DNA of 49,706 bases, from positions 1-49,706 of the forward strand of contig JAZSGU010000166.1 of the NCBI GenBank assembly GCA_045532895.1, written 5' to 3'. The translations under genes were made by a program, and so were the position numbers. Of this stretch, positions 17,377-27,386 are shown one piece after another. Below the pieces are notes generated by a model. It had not been told where the DNA came from, did not search any database, and saw only the letters and a list, made by a program, of their open reading frames with translations. The number at the start of each line of letters is the position of its first letter. Positions within the stretch are counted from its first letter, which is position 1. Source of the stretch: Acutalibacteraceae bacterium (lineage in GTDB: Bacteria > Bacillota > Clostridia > Oscillospirales > Acutalibacteraceae).

Positions 17377-17652
17377 ATGAATTGCTGTATAACAGAGCTT
17401 CGGTGCAAGGAGGTTATTGACAAATCCAACGGCTGCCGACTGGGTCTTGTCAGCGATGTGGAGGTTGATTCGTGCTGCGGTCGTGTGGTTGCTCTGATTA
17501 TTTTCGGACGTCCGAGATATTGGGGAATATGCGGCAAGCGGGAGCGTATACGCGTTTGCTGGGAGGATATTGAGGTTATCGGCAGCGACACGATTTTGGT
17601 TTGCAAGGTTAACCGCGATGAGCAAGGCCGCAGAAGAAGCAGAACACCTTGA
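17377..17652 (+). CDS. ylmC: YlmC/YmxH family sporulation protein (PRC barrel)
   Basis: ELRCKEVI...GCRLG.V.DVEVD...G.V.ALI...WEDIEVIGSDTILV. Confidence 0.9.
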   Translation: MNCCITELRCKEVIDKSNGCRLGLVSDVEVDSCCGRVVALIIFGRPRYWGICGKRERIRVCWEDIEVIGSDTILVCKVNRDEQGRRRSRTP

Positions 17653-17655
17653 AAC

Positions 17656-17696
17656 AAAAACCGAGTGAGTGCATGAACACTTCGCTCGGATTTTTT
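17656..17696. terminator. Bidirectional terminator
   Basis: AAAAACCGAGTGAGTG...CACTTCGCTCGGATTTTTT. Confidence 0.7.
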
Positions 17697-18990
17697 ATAT
17701 TTTTAAATCTCCGTTCGCTGGGTTATCCAGGACCTTGCCGTTCTGCGAAAATCTTGAGCCGTGGCAGGGGCAGTCCCATGAATGCTCGGCTTTGTTCCAT
17801 TTTAACGCACATCCGAGATGTGGGCAGCGTTTGGTTGCTGGTGTAAAAAGATTTTTAACAGCCTCAAAGCCGTTCACTAAAAGTTGTGGTTTGATTATGC
17901 TTCTTGACGGACTGAACAGTTTTTCAAATTCGTTCTTCTTATCGGTTACAAGGTCGCTCAAAATCATTGCTGAAAGCATAGCGCCTGTCATGCCCCACTT
18001 GTTGAATCCGCTCGCGGCATAAAGATTAGGCGTGTTTTTTGAATATTTCCCTATATACGGCATACTGTCAAGGCTCATGCAGTCCTGCGACGACCAAAAA
18101 TATTTTTCTGCTGAATCTGGATAGTTGTTTTTTGCAAATGCCCGAAGCTCATTCCAGTTGCCGCCGTCTTTGCCTGTTTTGTGACCACCGCCGCCAAGCA
18201 AAAGCAAAGAACCGTGATTTCTGAACGATAGCCCTGCATCGTTTTCGTCAACATACATACCGCTGACATCCTGCGCGTTTTCAAGCCCAATAACATAAGA
18301 ACGGTGCTGATAAAGCTTAAGAAAGTAGCTTCCATGCTTGTTGATGAACGGAAAATGCGTGGTTATGATAATTCTTTGCGCGTTTATATTTCCTCGGTTT
18401 GTAACCGCTTTTGTGCCGATTAGTTCACGCACAAAAGTGTTTTCATAAATGTTGAGCCCGTCTGCAACCGCGGATAAGAATTTAATCGGGTGAAACTGTG
18501 CCTGATTTTTAAAAACAACTGCGCCGTTTGGCTTTATCGGCAGGGGGAGCTCTTTTGCAAATTCAGCATGAAAGCCGATTTTTTGAAGCGCAGCAAGCTC
18601 ATCTTCCGTCTTTTTTTTGTCAAAGGAAAAAACACAGTTGTCCTTAATCTCGTAATCACACTCGATATTTTTGCAAATGCGTGCATATTCGTCAAACGCC
18701 GCTTGGTTTGCCGCAAGATACATCTGTGCACTTTCAAGCCCTTCGCCTTTTAAAATTTTGCTGTAAATATATCCGTGCTGAACGGTAATTTTTGCCGTCG
18801 TGTTTTGAGTGTTGCCCGAGCATATTCTGTTTTTTTCAACAAGCGCATAATCAATCCCTTTTTGATGCAGAAAATATGCAGTAAGAATGCCCGCGATTCC
18901 GCCGCCAATAATAAGAACATCGGTTTTAATGTCTTTTTCAAGGGTCGGAAACGAGGGTGTATTGATATTCGATTGCCACAAAGATTTCAT
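17695..18990 (-). CDS. FAD-dependent oxidoreductase with C-terminal Rieske [2Fe-2S] motif (YhfW-like)
   Basis: GGGIAG dinucleotide motif, TTAKIT, GFNKWGMT, CPHLGC...WDCPCHGSRF. Confidence 0.92.
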   Translation of the reverse strand: MKSLWQSNINTPSFPTLEKDIKTDVLIIGGGIAGILTAYFLHQKGIDYALVEKNRICSGNTQNTTAKITVQHGYIYSKILKGEGLESAQMYLAANQAAFDEYARICKNIECDYEIKDNCVFSFDKKKTEDELAALQKIGFHAEFAKELPLPIKPNGAVVFKNQAQFHPIKFLSAVADGLNIYENTFVRELIGTKAVTNRGNINAQRIIITTHFPFINKHGSYFLKLYQHRSYVIGLENAQDVSGMYVDENDAGLSFRNHGSLLLLGGGGHKTGKDGGNWNELRAFAKNNYPDSAEKYFWSSQDCMSLDSMPYIGKYSKNTPNLYAASGFNKWGMTGAMLSAMILSDLVTDKKNEFEKLFSPSRSIIKPQLLVNGFEAVKNLFTPATKRCPHLGCALKWNKAEHSWDCPCHGSRFSQNGKVLDNPANGDLKI

Positions 18991-19069
18991 GCTTCTCACC
19001 GTTTTAAAAAATAAATACTATTCTATTATCTGATTTAATATGATATAATATTCATTCGGAGGTGGAAAT

Positions 19070-19690
19070 ATGAAAAGAAAACTGCTCGGTGCGTTAATCT
19101 GCATTTCAATTCTTGTGTTGTCAGTTTCGATAGCCGCGTTGATACTTTATTCACCCGTTCAGGTTGTGATTGACCCGGGCCACGGCGGAAGCGACATCGG
19201 CGCGCAGTATAACGGCAGATTTGAAAAAAACGATAATCTCGAAATCGCGCTCCTCGTCTGCGAAAACCTCCGTGATATGGGCGTCGAAGCATGCCTAACC
19301 CGCAATAACGATAAATTCGTTGAACTTAAAGACAGATGCACTTTGGCAAACCGAAGAAATGCGGAGCTTTTTGTTTCGCTCCACCGTAACAGCGCAGAGG
19401 GTGCAAACGGCGTTGAAATATGGGTGAGCAGCGACTCGCCCAAAGCCGATACCGCTCTTGCCGAAAATATCTTGACAGCCCTTGATGCCGTCGGTATTTC
19501 CGAAAACAGAGGAGTCAAAAGCGGCTATGCAAGGGGAGAGGGCAATTATTATGTCAACAGCCAAACCGATATGCCCAGCTGCCTTGTTGAGCTTGGATTT
19601 ATAAACAGCGAAACGGATAACGCTTTGTTTGACGAAAACATTCAGGTGTATGCCGAGGCTATGGCAGAAGCGATTAAAAAAACACTTTAA
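19070..19690 (+). CDS. N-acetylmuramoyl-L-alanine amidase (Amidase_3) with N-terminal anchor
   Basis: IDPGHGG, EK, FVSLHRN, LVELGF. Confidence 0.92.
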   Translation: MKRKLLGALICISILVLSVSIAALILYSPVQVVIDPGHGGSDIGAQYNGRFEKNDNLEIALLVCENLRDMGVEACLTRNNDKFVELKDRCTLANRRNAELFVSLHRNSAEGANGVEIWVSSDSPKADTALAENILTALDAVGISENRGVKSGYARGEGNYYVNSQTDMPSCLVELGFINSETDNALFDENIQVYAEAMAEAIKKTL

Positions 19691-19726
19691 AACTTTACGG
19701 AATAAACAAAGCGAGAGATGTATTTT

Positions 19727-20431
19727 TTACACCTCTCGCTTTATTTTTTCAATTATTCTTTTTTCAAGCCGTGAAATATAGCTTTGAGAAATTCCGAGCG
19801 AATCCGCAACCTCTTTTTGCGTATACTCTCTGCCTCCGCCTATCCCGAAACGCATTGTCATTATCAGCTTCTCTCTTTTGCCGAGCGAATTTATTGCCTG
19901 ATAAAGCCTGCTTCTCTCGTCATCCGCTTCGATGTCGCGGTATATTTCGTCGGGCTCACTCCCCAAAACATCTGAAAGCAAAAGCTCATTGCCGTCCCAG
20001 TCAACATTAAGCGGTTCATAATAGGAAACCTCGGCTTTCATCGAATTTGTTTTGCGCAGATACATTAAAATTTCATTCTCAATGCACCGCGAAGCGTATG
20101 TCGCAAGCTTTATGTTTTTTGAAATTCTGAATGTGTTTACAGCCTTAATAAGTCCCAAAGTGCCTATTGAAATCAAATCTTCGATAGGAATACCCGTGTT
20201 TTCAAATTTTTTTGCTATATATACTACAAGACGCAGATTATGCACAATCAGTTCTTCTCTTGCGTCTTTATCGCCGCATTCAAGTTTTATAAGGCATTCC
20301 TGCTCCTTTTCGACCGTTAACGGGGCAGGGAGTGTATCGGGTCCGTTTATGTAGTCAACCTCAATTTCAAAAATCCTGCTTTTGATTGAGTGGATTATTT
20401 TTTTGATTCTGTTGAGTATTCCGAGTTTCAT
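19727..20431 (-). CDS. sigE: Sporulation sigma factor pro-SigE
   Basis: Basic pro-sequence, [45 protein letters not shown]; directly after spoIIGA (ATGA overlap). Confidence 0.96.
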   Translation of the reverse strand: MKLGILNRIKKIIHSIKSRIFEIEVDYINGPDTLPAPLTVEKEQECLIKLECGDKDAREELIVHNLRLVVYIAKKFENTGIPIEDLISIGTLGLIKAVNTFRISKNIKLATYASRCIENEILMYLRKTNSMKAEVSYYEPLNVDWDGNELLLSDVLGSEPDEIYRDIEADDERSRLYQAINSLGKREKLIMTMRFGIGGGREYTQKEVADSLGISQSYISRLEKRIIEKIKREV

Positions 20432-21318
20432 GCCGGATAATGCCCCTTTCTCTTTGAAGTGTGTTTTTCATTATTGCTTACCGCATCCCAAAACGGCGTT
20501 CCGAACAGCACACAGTAGCCGCCCGAAACAATTTTTTTCTCTGTTACCCCTATGTAAATGTTTTTTGATTCAACCCAATTACTGCCGATTAAAATTTCTG
20601 CTTTGTCAGCCAAAAACGCAGGTAAAGCCCCTGAGTTGCTTATTGTGGAAAAAGGTATTAGCCGAAAATTTTTGGCTTCGGTTAATTGTGTGCCTGATAA
20701 TAACGGCGAAATAAAAGAGCTTTCGCAAATAATAACCGGTCTGCCCGAAAAGCAGTCGCAAAGGCTGTTGCCCGAATCGAACAGAGCTTTTCCTTCAACG
20801 GCTTTTCCGCCGTAGGTTATTTTTATTGAATAAATGCTTTGTTGCGGCACCTTACTTTTCATAAAACGGGAGATAAGCTTTAATATGCAGTAACAGACGG
20901 TTGCGGCAACGGTTAAAGTTATAATGTCTATGTCAAAATAAACAACTCCGTTATGATATGCCGCGCTGTTTGGCAGTAAAGCTGTGCAAACCGCAAGCAT
21001 TATGCCGCCGAATGCAAAATTTACTGCCAGAAAAGCGGCTGTGCATTTGAAAAAAGCTTTTACGGATTTTGTGCTGAATGCTATCAGAATCATAATAACG
21101 CAGAAAACCGTTTTTAACAGTATGTTAAGCCAAAGCGAAATGTTTTCAACAAAGATTATCAGCGAAAAAAGACCCCCCGCGGCGGATGCCGCAAGAAAGC
21201 GCCATGCCTTGAATCCAAAGCCTGTAAATGCCGCGCATGCCCGCAAAAGCAAGTAATTAACGATTATGTTGATTACAACAAGTATGTCGGCGTAAATAAC
21301 TGTTTTCAGTCCCGTCAC
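20428..21318 (-). CDS. spoIIGA: Sigma-E processing aspartic peptidase SpoIIGA
   Basis: IYADI..N...NYLLL, five TM segments, [16 protein letters not shown]. Confidence 0.93.
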   Translation of the reverse strand: MTGLKTVIYADILVVINIIVNYLLLRACAAFTGFGFKAWRFLAASAAGGLFSLIIFVENISLWLNILLKTVFCVIMILIAFSTKSVKAFFKCTAAFLAVNFAFGGIMLAVCTALLPNSAAYHNGVVYFDIDIITLTVAATVCYCILKLISRFMKSKVPQQSIYSIKITYGGKAVEGKALFDSGNSLCDCFSGRPVIICESSFISPLLSGTQLTEAKNFRLIPFSTISNSGALPAFLADKAEILIGSNWVESKNIYIGVTEKKIVSGGYCVLFGTPFWDAVSNNEKHTSKRKGHYPA

Positions 21319-21454
21319 CCCCGTGTATCATGATTATAACGCCTTGCGCACGATATAATTTGTCGCTTCGGGGTGGAAAAATATAACTTTTCTATTGAAT
21401 ATCTCAAAATGCGGGTATATAATAATTCAAAGAATGATTTAAGAGGTGTAAGGC

Positions 21455-22126
21455 ATGAAAGGTTATCTTTTTGATACACATATTCACACAAAAGAAGCAA
21501 GCTCATGCAGCCGCGTTTGGGCAGAGGATATTGTTAAAAGATATAAGGAGCTCGGCTATAACGGCTTGGTTATAACCGACCATTTCAGCGCATCGCAATT
21601 CAAAAGACACGGCTCAACCTATGAGGAGCAGGTTCGGACCTATCTTTCGGGCTACAGAGCGGCAAAAAAGTTTGAGGACGAAAACTTTCACATAATTCTC
21701 GGCATGGAGCTGCGTTTTCTTGAAAACGAAAATGACTATCTTGTTTACGGCTTTGATGAGGATTTTGTTATCAATAATGATTTAACACAGTATGAAACAC
21801 CCGAGGACTTCAGACCCGTTGTTGAGGCGAATGACCTGATAATCTTTCAGGCGCATCCTTTCAGGATAGGTATGACGGTTGTTGACCCCGCCTTGCTTGA
21901 CGGAGTTGAGGTCTATAACGGTCACGGTGACCATAACTCCAGCAATGATGTTGCATATAAATGGGCGCAGAAGTATTCTCTGCGCATGCTTTCGGGCTCT
22001 GATTTCCACGGCAACATCTCAATGCAGCCCGGCGGCGTTTATTTTGAAGAGTATCTGACCGACTCAAAGCAGGTAGCCAAAGCCCTGCGTGAGGGTAAAT
22101 ATACACTTAAAATTTTTCAGGAATAA
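21455..22126 (+). CDS. PHP-domain phosphoesterase
   Basis: DTHIHT, ITDH, GME, AHP, GSDFH. Confidence 0.88.
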   Translation: MKGYLFDTHIHTKEASSCSRVWAEDIVKRYKELGYNGLVITDHFSASQFKRHGSTYEEQVRTYLSGYRAAKKFEDENFHIILGMELRFLENENDYLVYGFDEDFVINNDLTQYETPEDFRPVVEANDLIIFQAHPFRIGMTVVDPALLDGVEVYNGHGDHNSSNDVAYKWAQKYSLRMLSGSDFHGNISMQPGGVYFEEYLTDSKQVAKALREGKYTLKIFQE

Positions 22127-22165
22127 AAAACAGCGGAAGAGAGTAAAATCTCCTCCGCTGTTTTT
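22126..22165. terminator. Bidirectional terminator
   Basis: AAAAACAGCGGA...TCCGCTGTTTTT. Confidence 0.8.
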
Positions 22166-22688
22166 ATATTCCGTATTCGCCCGTTGACGGGTCCTGAAAA
22201 ATCGGAATTTCGGGCTGAACAAATGTTGTGGCAGCAAACAATACTGCAATCAGGCACAAAGCCACAAATGCAATGCGCGGTGATTTGCAACAGCCGGCAT
22301 GATTTTTGAAAAGCAGATTTTCAAGATAATATGCCATACCCGCCGCGATAAAGAAAATTGTGATATTAAACCAATCGGCATTAATGCCGAAAATGCCTGT
22401 GTAGGTATAATACAGAACAGGTATCAAAAGCAGGCCGATTGTTGTTCCGACAGCTTTGACGCACCAAAAGTTTTCGCACTCTTTTCCGATATATTTATAT
22501 TCAATCAAAGAGAATACAAGCATCGGAAAGAAGAGGAGCTTCATGTGCTCCCATATCGATTCGTTTACCGCAGAAAAAGGCGCCGTAAAAAGACTCTGAT
22601 TAGTCCAATCATAAAGAAAGTGTAGCAAAACACCTGCAATTCCCGTGAAAACAAATCCGCTTGTCTGCCAAATCTTAATTCTTTTCAA
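22164..22688 (-). CDS. Membrane protein, DUF6512-like
   Basis: GVLLHFLYDW, VNESIWEHMKLLFFP, PIFQDP; about 5 TM segments. Confidence 0.75.
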   Translation of the reverse strand: MKRIKIWQTSGFVFTGIAGVLLHFLYDWTNQSLFTAPFSAVNESIWEHMKLLFFPMLVFSLIEYKYIGKECENFWCVKAVGTTIGLLLIPVLYYTYTGIFGINADWFNITIFFIAAGMAYYLENLLFKNHAGCCKSPRIAFVALCLIAVLFAATTFVQPEIPIFQDPSTGEYGI

Positions 22689-22749
22689 GCTGCCACCTCG
22701 GTATTACAATATGTAAAAATATATTCATAATACCTTGGATTTATTCACA

Positions 22750-24912
22750 TTATAAAATTATTTGCTTGTTTCCGTTTGCATTAACGGTTTTTCCGTTTGC
22801 CGTTACAACCGCATTTTCGGGAATATGCAAAACAACTTCTGCGTTTTGGGGATATTCAAGGTTGATTGCTGTTTTTTCGCTGTCTGCAGCAATATCAAGC
22901 CTGATATCGCCGATTATTGCAGGAACGGTGCAAGAAATGCTTTTGTGCAGGTTGTACTGCGGCTTAATTTCAATTTTTTCATAGCCCGCTGAAAGAGGCT
23001 TGATTCCCGCAATGTGCTTGCTCATTATTACAAGCGGACCGCCGGACCATGCGTGGTTTGAAGTGCCGTCTTTCTTAATCCAGTTTTCCCACAGGGTTGT
23101 ATAATCCTCGTCAATCATCTCGCTGTATCTTTCGCACATTCTTTGCTCCGCAAGAGCAAATTCACCCGCTTTGCAAAGAGATTCAAGAACATAATATTCC
23201 ATATACGGGCTTGAATTTCTTGTGCCGAAAAGAATATCTTTTATTTTGCCGTAGTTTTCTTCTGGGCAGAGTCCTGACAGCACCGCAACCGCGTTGCCTC
23301 TGTCATCATAGCCGTTATTATCAGGGCTTCTGTACCCTTCGCCTGTCCACAAGGTCTGATAAGCGATATAAAGCGACTTCATTCTGTATTCAAACTCATC
23401 GGCGGCATTGCCGTCGCTGAGAAGCTGTGCCATGTTCTTAACAGCCGTCAAAGCGTAGTAATACCATGCGTTTTCAAGCGGCGCAACATCTATTTTATCG
23501 CCCCAGTCCTGCCAATCCCACGAACCGCTTCTGTGTTCAACAAGACCGTTATTCTGCATTTTCCAAAGATTAATATAATCAACAGATGCACGGTAAACGG
23601 ATTTGATAAACTCCTTATCACCCGTGTACATAAAATATGTCCAAAAACCGCCCACGCCCGCAAGCTGCTGGCAGGGCAGTTCAAAATAGTCGTTCTTAAT
23701 CGGAACAACTGTCTGGAGCACCTTTGTTTTGGGGTCGATATATGAAAGCATTGTGCTTACACCCTTGCGATAAAGCTGATATGACGACGGCGCAAGGCTG
23801 TATACGGTGAGCATCATTTCATTGGTTACATCGCCCCACCACTGCGCTCTTTCTCTGTCGGGGCAATCCATGAAATTATCTCTCATTGTAACATAAAGAG
23901 TGCGCAGGGATTTTTGCCAAAGAGTGTTCATGCCGCTGTTTTCGCAGAAGAAACTGCCGCAGAACTCGGTGTTGTAACCGCTTTCTCTGTATTTAAGGCT
24001 TATTATTTTAACGCCTGACGGAATTTCATATGTTATCTGTTCGCCGTTAAACCAAGCAGGGGATTCAAATGCCTGAACGCCGTCTTTTGTAACATATGTG
24101 CTGTGGATTGAGCCCGTGCAAGTGTTTTCGGTTGTGATAACTATTTTTTTGCCTGCCCTTGCTTCAACCTCAAGATAGGGGGTAAGCTGTGCATTATAAG
24201 GAACTTTCAGCGTGATTTTTTTATTAAGACGGAAGCTTACGCCTTCAAATTCCTTGCTGTTTTCATAATTTTTTAAGCCGAAATCCTTGAACAAAGGGAT
24301 ATCCCTGCAGTATGTTTCGCCCCAGTAGCCTTCACCGCCGAGGGAGTATTCGTCAGCATCTGCCCAATGCGAAAAATCAAAATCGAGTTTATTCCAATCG
24401 GCAATTTCTTTGCGTGCATCATAATAAACATTGCTTTCAGGAAGTCTGTAATTCGGCTGCAATTTGCCCATATCTTCTATAAAAGCCGGGTTTTTCATAA
24501 CTCTCCAGCTATTGTCGGAGATAATGGATATATCATCGTTTTCCGCTTCAAAAAGCAGACCGCCCTGACCTGCATCGGAGCTTGAATAGCTTGACTCATT
24601 TCCCCAATACCACACAAGAACACTGATAAGGTTTTCACCCTTAACAAGCTGCTTCGATATGTCAACCTCATCGTAGTAGCATCCGGTGGGGGAGGGGCCT
24701 CGTTTAAGCCCGCCTTCACGGATTACGCATTTGCCGTTTATGTAAAGCCAATATTTATTTTCTGCTGCAATTTTTGCAACAAGCTTTTTGGGCAGTTCCG
24801 TAAGGTTGATTTTTTTGTTAAAGCAAAGCCATGCGTTTTTACTTTTCTTTTCTTCGTTAAGCCATATCCACTTTGCTTTCCAATCGTTTTTTAAAGCTCT
24901 TTGATATTCCAT
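22750..24912 (-). CDS. GH78 alpha-L-rhamnosidase-family protein, no signal peptide
   Basis: WKAKWIW, MDCPDRERAQWWGD, DW, TTLWENW, SNHAWSG. Confidence 0.88.
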   Translation of the reverse strand: MEYQRALKNDWKAKWIWLNEEKKSKNAWLCFNKKINLTELPKKLVAKIAAENKYWLYINGKCVIREGGLKRGPSPTGCYYDEVDISKQLVKGENLISVLVWYWGNESSYSSSDAGQGGLLFEAENDDISIISDNSWRVMKNPAFIEDMGKLQPNYRLPESNVYYDARKEIADWNKLDFDFSHWADADEYSLGGEGYWGETYCRDIPLFKDFGLKNYENSKEFEGVSFRLNKKITLKVPYNAQLTPYLEVEARAGKKIVITTENTCTGSIHSTYVTKDGVQAFESPAWFNGEQITYEIPSGVKIISLKYRESGYNTEFCGSFFCENSGMNTLWQKSLRTLYVTMRDNFMDCPDRERAQWWGDVTNEMMLTVYSLAPSSYQLYRKGVSTMLSYIDPKTKVLQTVVPIKNDYFELPCQQLAGVGGFWTYFMYTGDKEFIKSVYRASVDYINLWKMQNNGLVEHRSGSWDWQDWGDKIDVAPLENAWYYYALTAVKNMAQLLSDGNAADEFEYRMKSLYIAYQTLWTGEGYRSPDNNGYDDRGNAVAVLSGLCPEENYGKIKDILFGTRNSSPYMEYYVLESLCKAGEFALAEQRMCERYSEMIDEDYTTLWENWIKKDGTSNHAWSGGPLVIMSKHIAGIKPLSAGYEKIEIKPQYNLHKSISCTVPAIIGDIRLDIAADSEKTAINLEYPQNAEVVLHIPENAVVTANGKTVNANGNKQIIL

Positions 24913-24933
24913 AATATCCTCACAAACTATATT

Positions 24934-26262
24934 TTATTTAAGAATGAATTCTGCATTTGCATCAGAAAAACCTTTGTTATTGCCGATTGTATTCAACAGC
25001 ATGTTCTGAAGATTGACTTTTACGCCGTCTTTTTCTAATTTCGGTTCAATTTTTTTCAGAACAAAAGAAAATCTCTTAAGGACCTTGAAAATCAAATCAT
25101 ATTCAGGCGTACCCTCAACATAGGGCTGGTCGCCGAGAAAAATCTTAATGCCGAATTCAGCCACAAAGTCGGTGAGTTTTTTCTTTTTCAAAGATTTGTC
25201 AATTCCGATAAACAGCAGTTTTGTAAGTGTACCGAGAGTAGAGGCGGTATATATTTTTCTGCCGAATTTTTTAAGATGCTTAACGATTCCGTTTCCGCCG
25301 TCCAAGGCGTTGTAAATGCGGTTTGCGATTGCCTGACCGAACTGCTTATCAAAAAATTCCTGCGCGGAAAGGCCGCTCATGTCCCAACCGAAATCCCCGA
25401 CATCGATGCTTTTAACCGTCATAACAGAGTTTTCGTCAACTGTGATTTTGCGGTATTTGGCGGGGCTTCCGGCAAGGCAGGATGTGCATATATCAATAAG
25501 TCTGTTGCCGTTTTCGCTGTAAAACTCGTTGATGCTCTGGATATGCATATGCCCCGTTAAAATAAGTTCAACCCCGTTGTCTGCAAGGAAAGAAGCAACC
25601 TTGCGCCAATCTTTAATTTTTGCGTCGCCCACCAAATCAAAAACGGGCACGGAGGGAATAATGGGATAGTGGCATATTGCAAAAACAGAGCAGTTATCGG
25701 TTTTTGCTTTATCAAGCTGTTCCTTTGCCCAGTCAAAAAGCACGGTATCCATTGCGCCTTTGGGGTTGTTGAAACTGTCGCAATTTATTGCAAGCATTCT
25801 GATTCCGTCGGCAATTTGAGCAACATACGAATGAGTTCTTTTATCAAAGGCAAGCGCATCGCCGTAGCCGAAATCGTAATACATATCATAAAGGTCGTCG
25901 AATGCGGTGCCCTCAACCTGAATGCGCTCATCGTTTTTGTATGCGTAAGACCAATCATTATAGTCGTGGCCCGCGGTTATAACAAAAATCTTTTTGCCGC
26001 TTTCTTTCAGTTTATAAAGCTCTTTCAAAAAACTCTTGTGGCTCTCTTTTTCGCCGTTTTTTGTCAGGTCGCCGGGAATTATGACTATATCTGTTTCTTT
26101 ATCTTCGGCAATGCGGCTGAAGGTTGATTTTACAATCAGACTGCTTTTTTTCATGAAATACTGCTCTCTTTTCATGTAAGCATCATAAGCTTTTCCTTCA
26201 GCGCCCAGAGAGGGCTCAAAATAATGGGTATCGGTTAAAAGATAAAAATTTACAGGCTTCAT
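24934..26262 (-). CDS. Calcineurin-like metallophosphoesterase with basic C-terminal extension
   Basis: DTH, GDLT, AGHD (variant of GNHD), HYP, GHMH. Confidence 0.85.
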   Translation of the reverse strand: MKPVNFYLLTDTHYFEPSLGAEGKAYDAYMKREQYFMKKSSLIVKSTFSRIAEDKETDIVIIPGDLTKNGEKESHKSFLKELYKLKESGKKIFVITAGHDYNDWSYAYKNDERIQVEGTAFDDLYDMYYDFGYGDALAFDKRTHSYVAQIADGIRMLAINCDSFNNPKGAMDTVLFDWAKEQLDKAKTDNCSVFAICHYPIIPSVPVFDLVGDAKIKDWRKVASFLADNGVELILTGHMHIQSINEFYSENGNRLIDICTSCLAGSPAKYRKITVDENSVMTVKSIDVGDFGWDMSGLSAQEFFDKQFGQAIANRIYNALDGGNGIVKHLKKFGRKIYTASTLGTLTKLLFIGIDKSLKKKKLTDFVAEFGIKIFLGDQPYVEGTPEYDLIFKVLKRFSFVLKKIEPKLEKDGVKVNLQNMLLNTIGNNKGFSDANAEFILK

Positions 26263-26370
26263 AATTATATTTTCTTCCTTTACAGTTTATCAACAGTTAC
26301 ATATTATCACAATCGATAACGGTTTTACAATAGTAAAACAGAGAAAGCGGGAAAAATCACGGATGTTATA

Positions 26371-26399
26371 TTGAATTATGGATTTTATTGTACTATAAT
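26371..26399 (+). promoter_or_regulatory. Sigma-A promoter
   Basis: TTGAAT-17 nt-TATAAT. Confidence 0.65.
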
Positions 26400-26437
26400 T
26401 ATAAAAAAATCTCAGATTTCATGCCGGAGGGATAAAT

Positions 26438-27358
26438 ATGAGCAGAAAGTATTCTCATGTAATTGTTGTCGGAATTGACGGCGCTGGCTCGTTTTTAAAA
26501 GATGCCGTAACGCCGAATTTTGACCGTATATTTTCAGACGGAGCGGTTACTTATAATGCTTTGGCATCAAACCCTTCAATCAGCGCCGAATGCTGGGGAT
26601 CAATGCTTCTTGGCGTCGGTCCCGAGGTACATAAGCTCACCAACGGAATTGTAAGCTCAACGCCTTATCCCGTTGATTCCCCGTTTCCTTCGCTTTTTCG
26701 CAGAATAAAAGAGGTTTATCCCGAAGCTGAGCTCGGTTCTTTTTGCGACTGGAATCCCATAACATACGGTATTGTTGAAAACAATCTCGGTGTTTCTCAC
26801 GACACAGCAAATGATGATTTGCTGACGCCGATTATATGTGATTATATCCGCAGCAAAAGGCCTGATTTTCTTTTCGTTCAGATGGATAGCGTTGACGGCG
26901 CAGGTCACAAGCACGGCTACGGCACGCCCGAACATCTTAAGCGTATCAACGAGGTTGATTTGCTTATCAATGATATTTATTCAGCTGTGCAGGATGCAGG
27001 CATAATTGACGAAACCTTGTTTATTGTTATCTCCGACCACGGCGGAACAAACCCCGGAAACGGCGGTGGAGGAAGCCACGGCGGATGGACAGACGGCGAA
27101 AAATATGTAACCTTTGCTGCGGCGGGTAAAGGCGTTAATAAAACGGAGATACAAGAAATGAATATAAGGGACCTTTCTGCTGTTGTTCTTTACTCATTTG
27201 GTATAAACGCTCCGGAATTTGACGAATCGGGTTGGACATCTCAAATTCCCAACGGATTGTTTGACAATGTTTCGATTCCCGCATACCGCGACATTTCACA
27301 TCTTACAGGTGCAGCACCTCGAATCTCAAATGCAGCTCACACATCCGAATTGATTTGA
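26438..27358 (+). CDS. Alkaline-phosphatase superfamily protein (type I phosphodiesterase/NPP-like)
   Basis: VGIDG, PSISAECW (Ser nucleophile), DGAGH..G, SDHGG, SHG. Confidence 0.88.
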   Translation: MSRKYSHVIVVGIDGAGSFLKDAVTPNFDRIFSDGAVTYNALASNPSISAECWGSMLLGVGPEVHKLTNGIVSSTPYPVDSPFPSLFRRIKEVYPEAELGSFCDWNPITYGIVENNLGVSHDTANDDLLTPIICDYIRSKRPDFLFVQMDSVDGAGHKHGYGTPEHLKRINEVDLLINDIYSAVQDAGIIDETLFIVISDHGGTNPGNGGGGSHGGWTDGEKYVTFAAAGKGVNKTEIQEMNIRDLSAVVLYSFGINAPEFDESGWTSQIPNGLFDNVSIPAYRDISHLTGAAPRISNAAHTSELI

Positions 27359-27386
27359 TTGAAATATATAAATAGAGGTGAATAGT

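Noticed and set aside
21319-21454. Spo0A boxes upstream of spoIIGA
   Set aside because: No convincing TGNCGAA match; best seen is TGTCGCT
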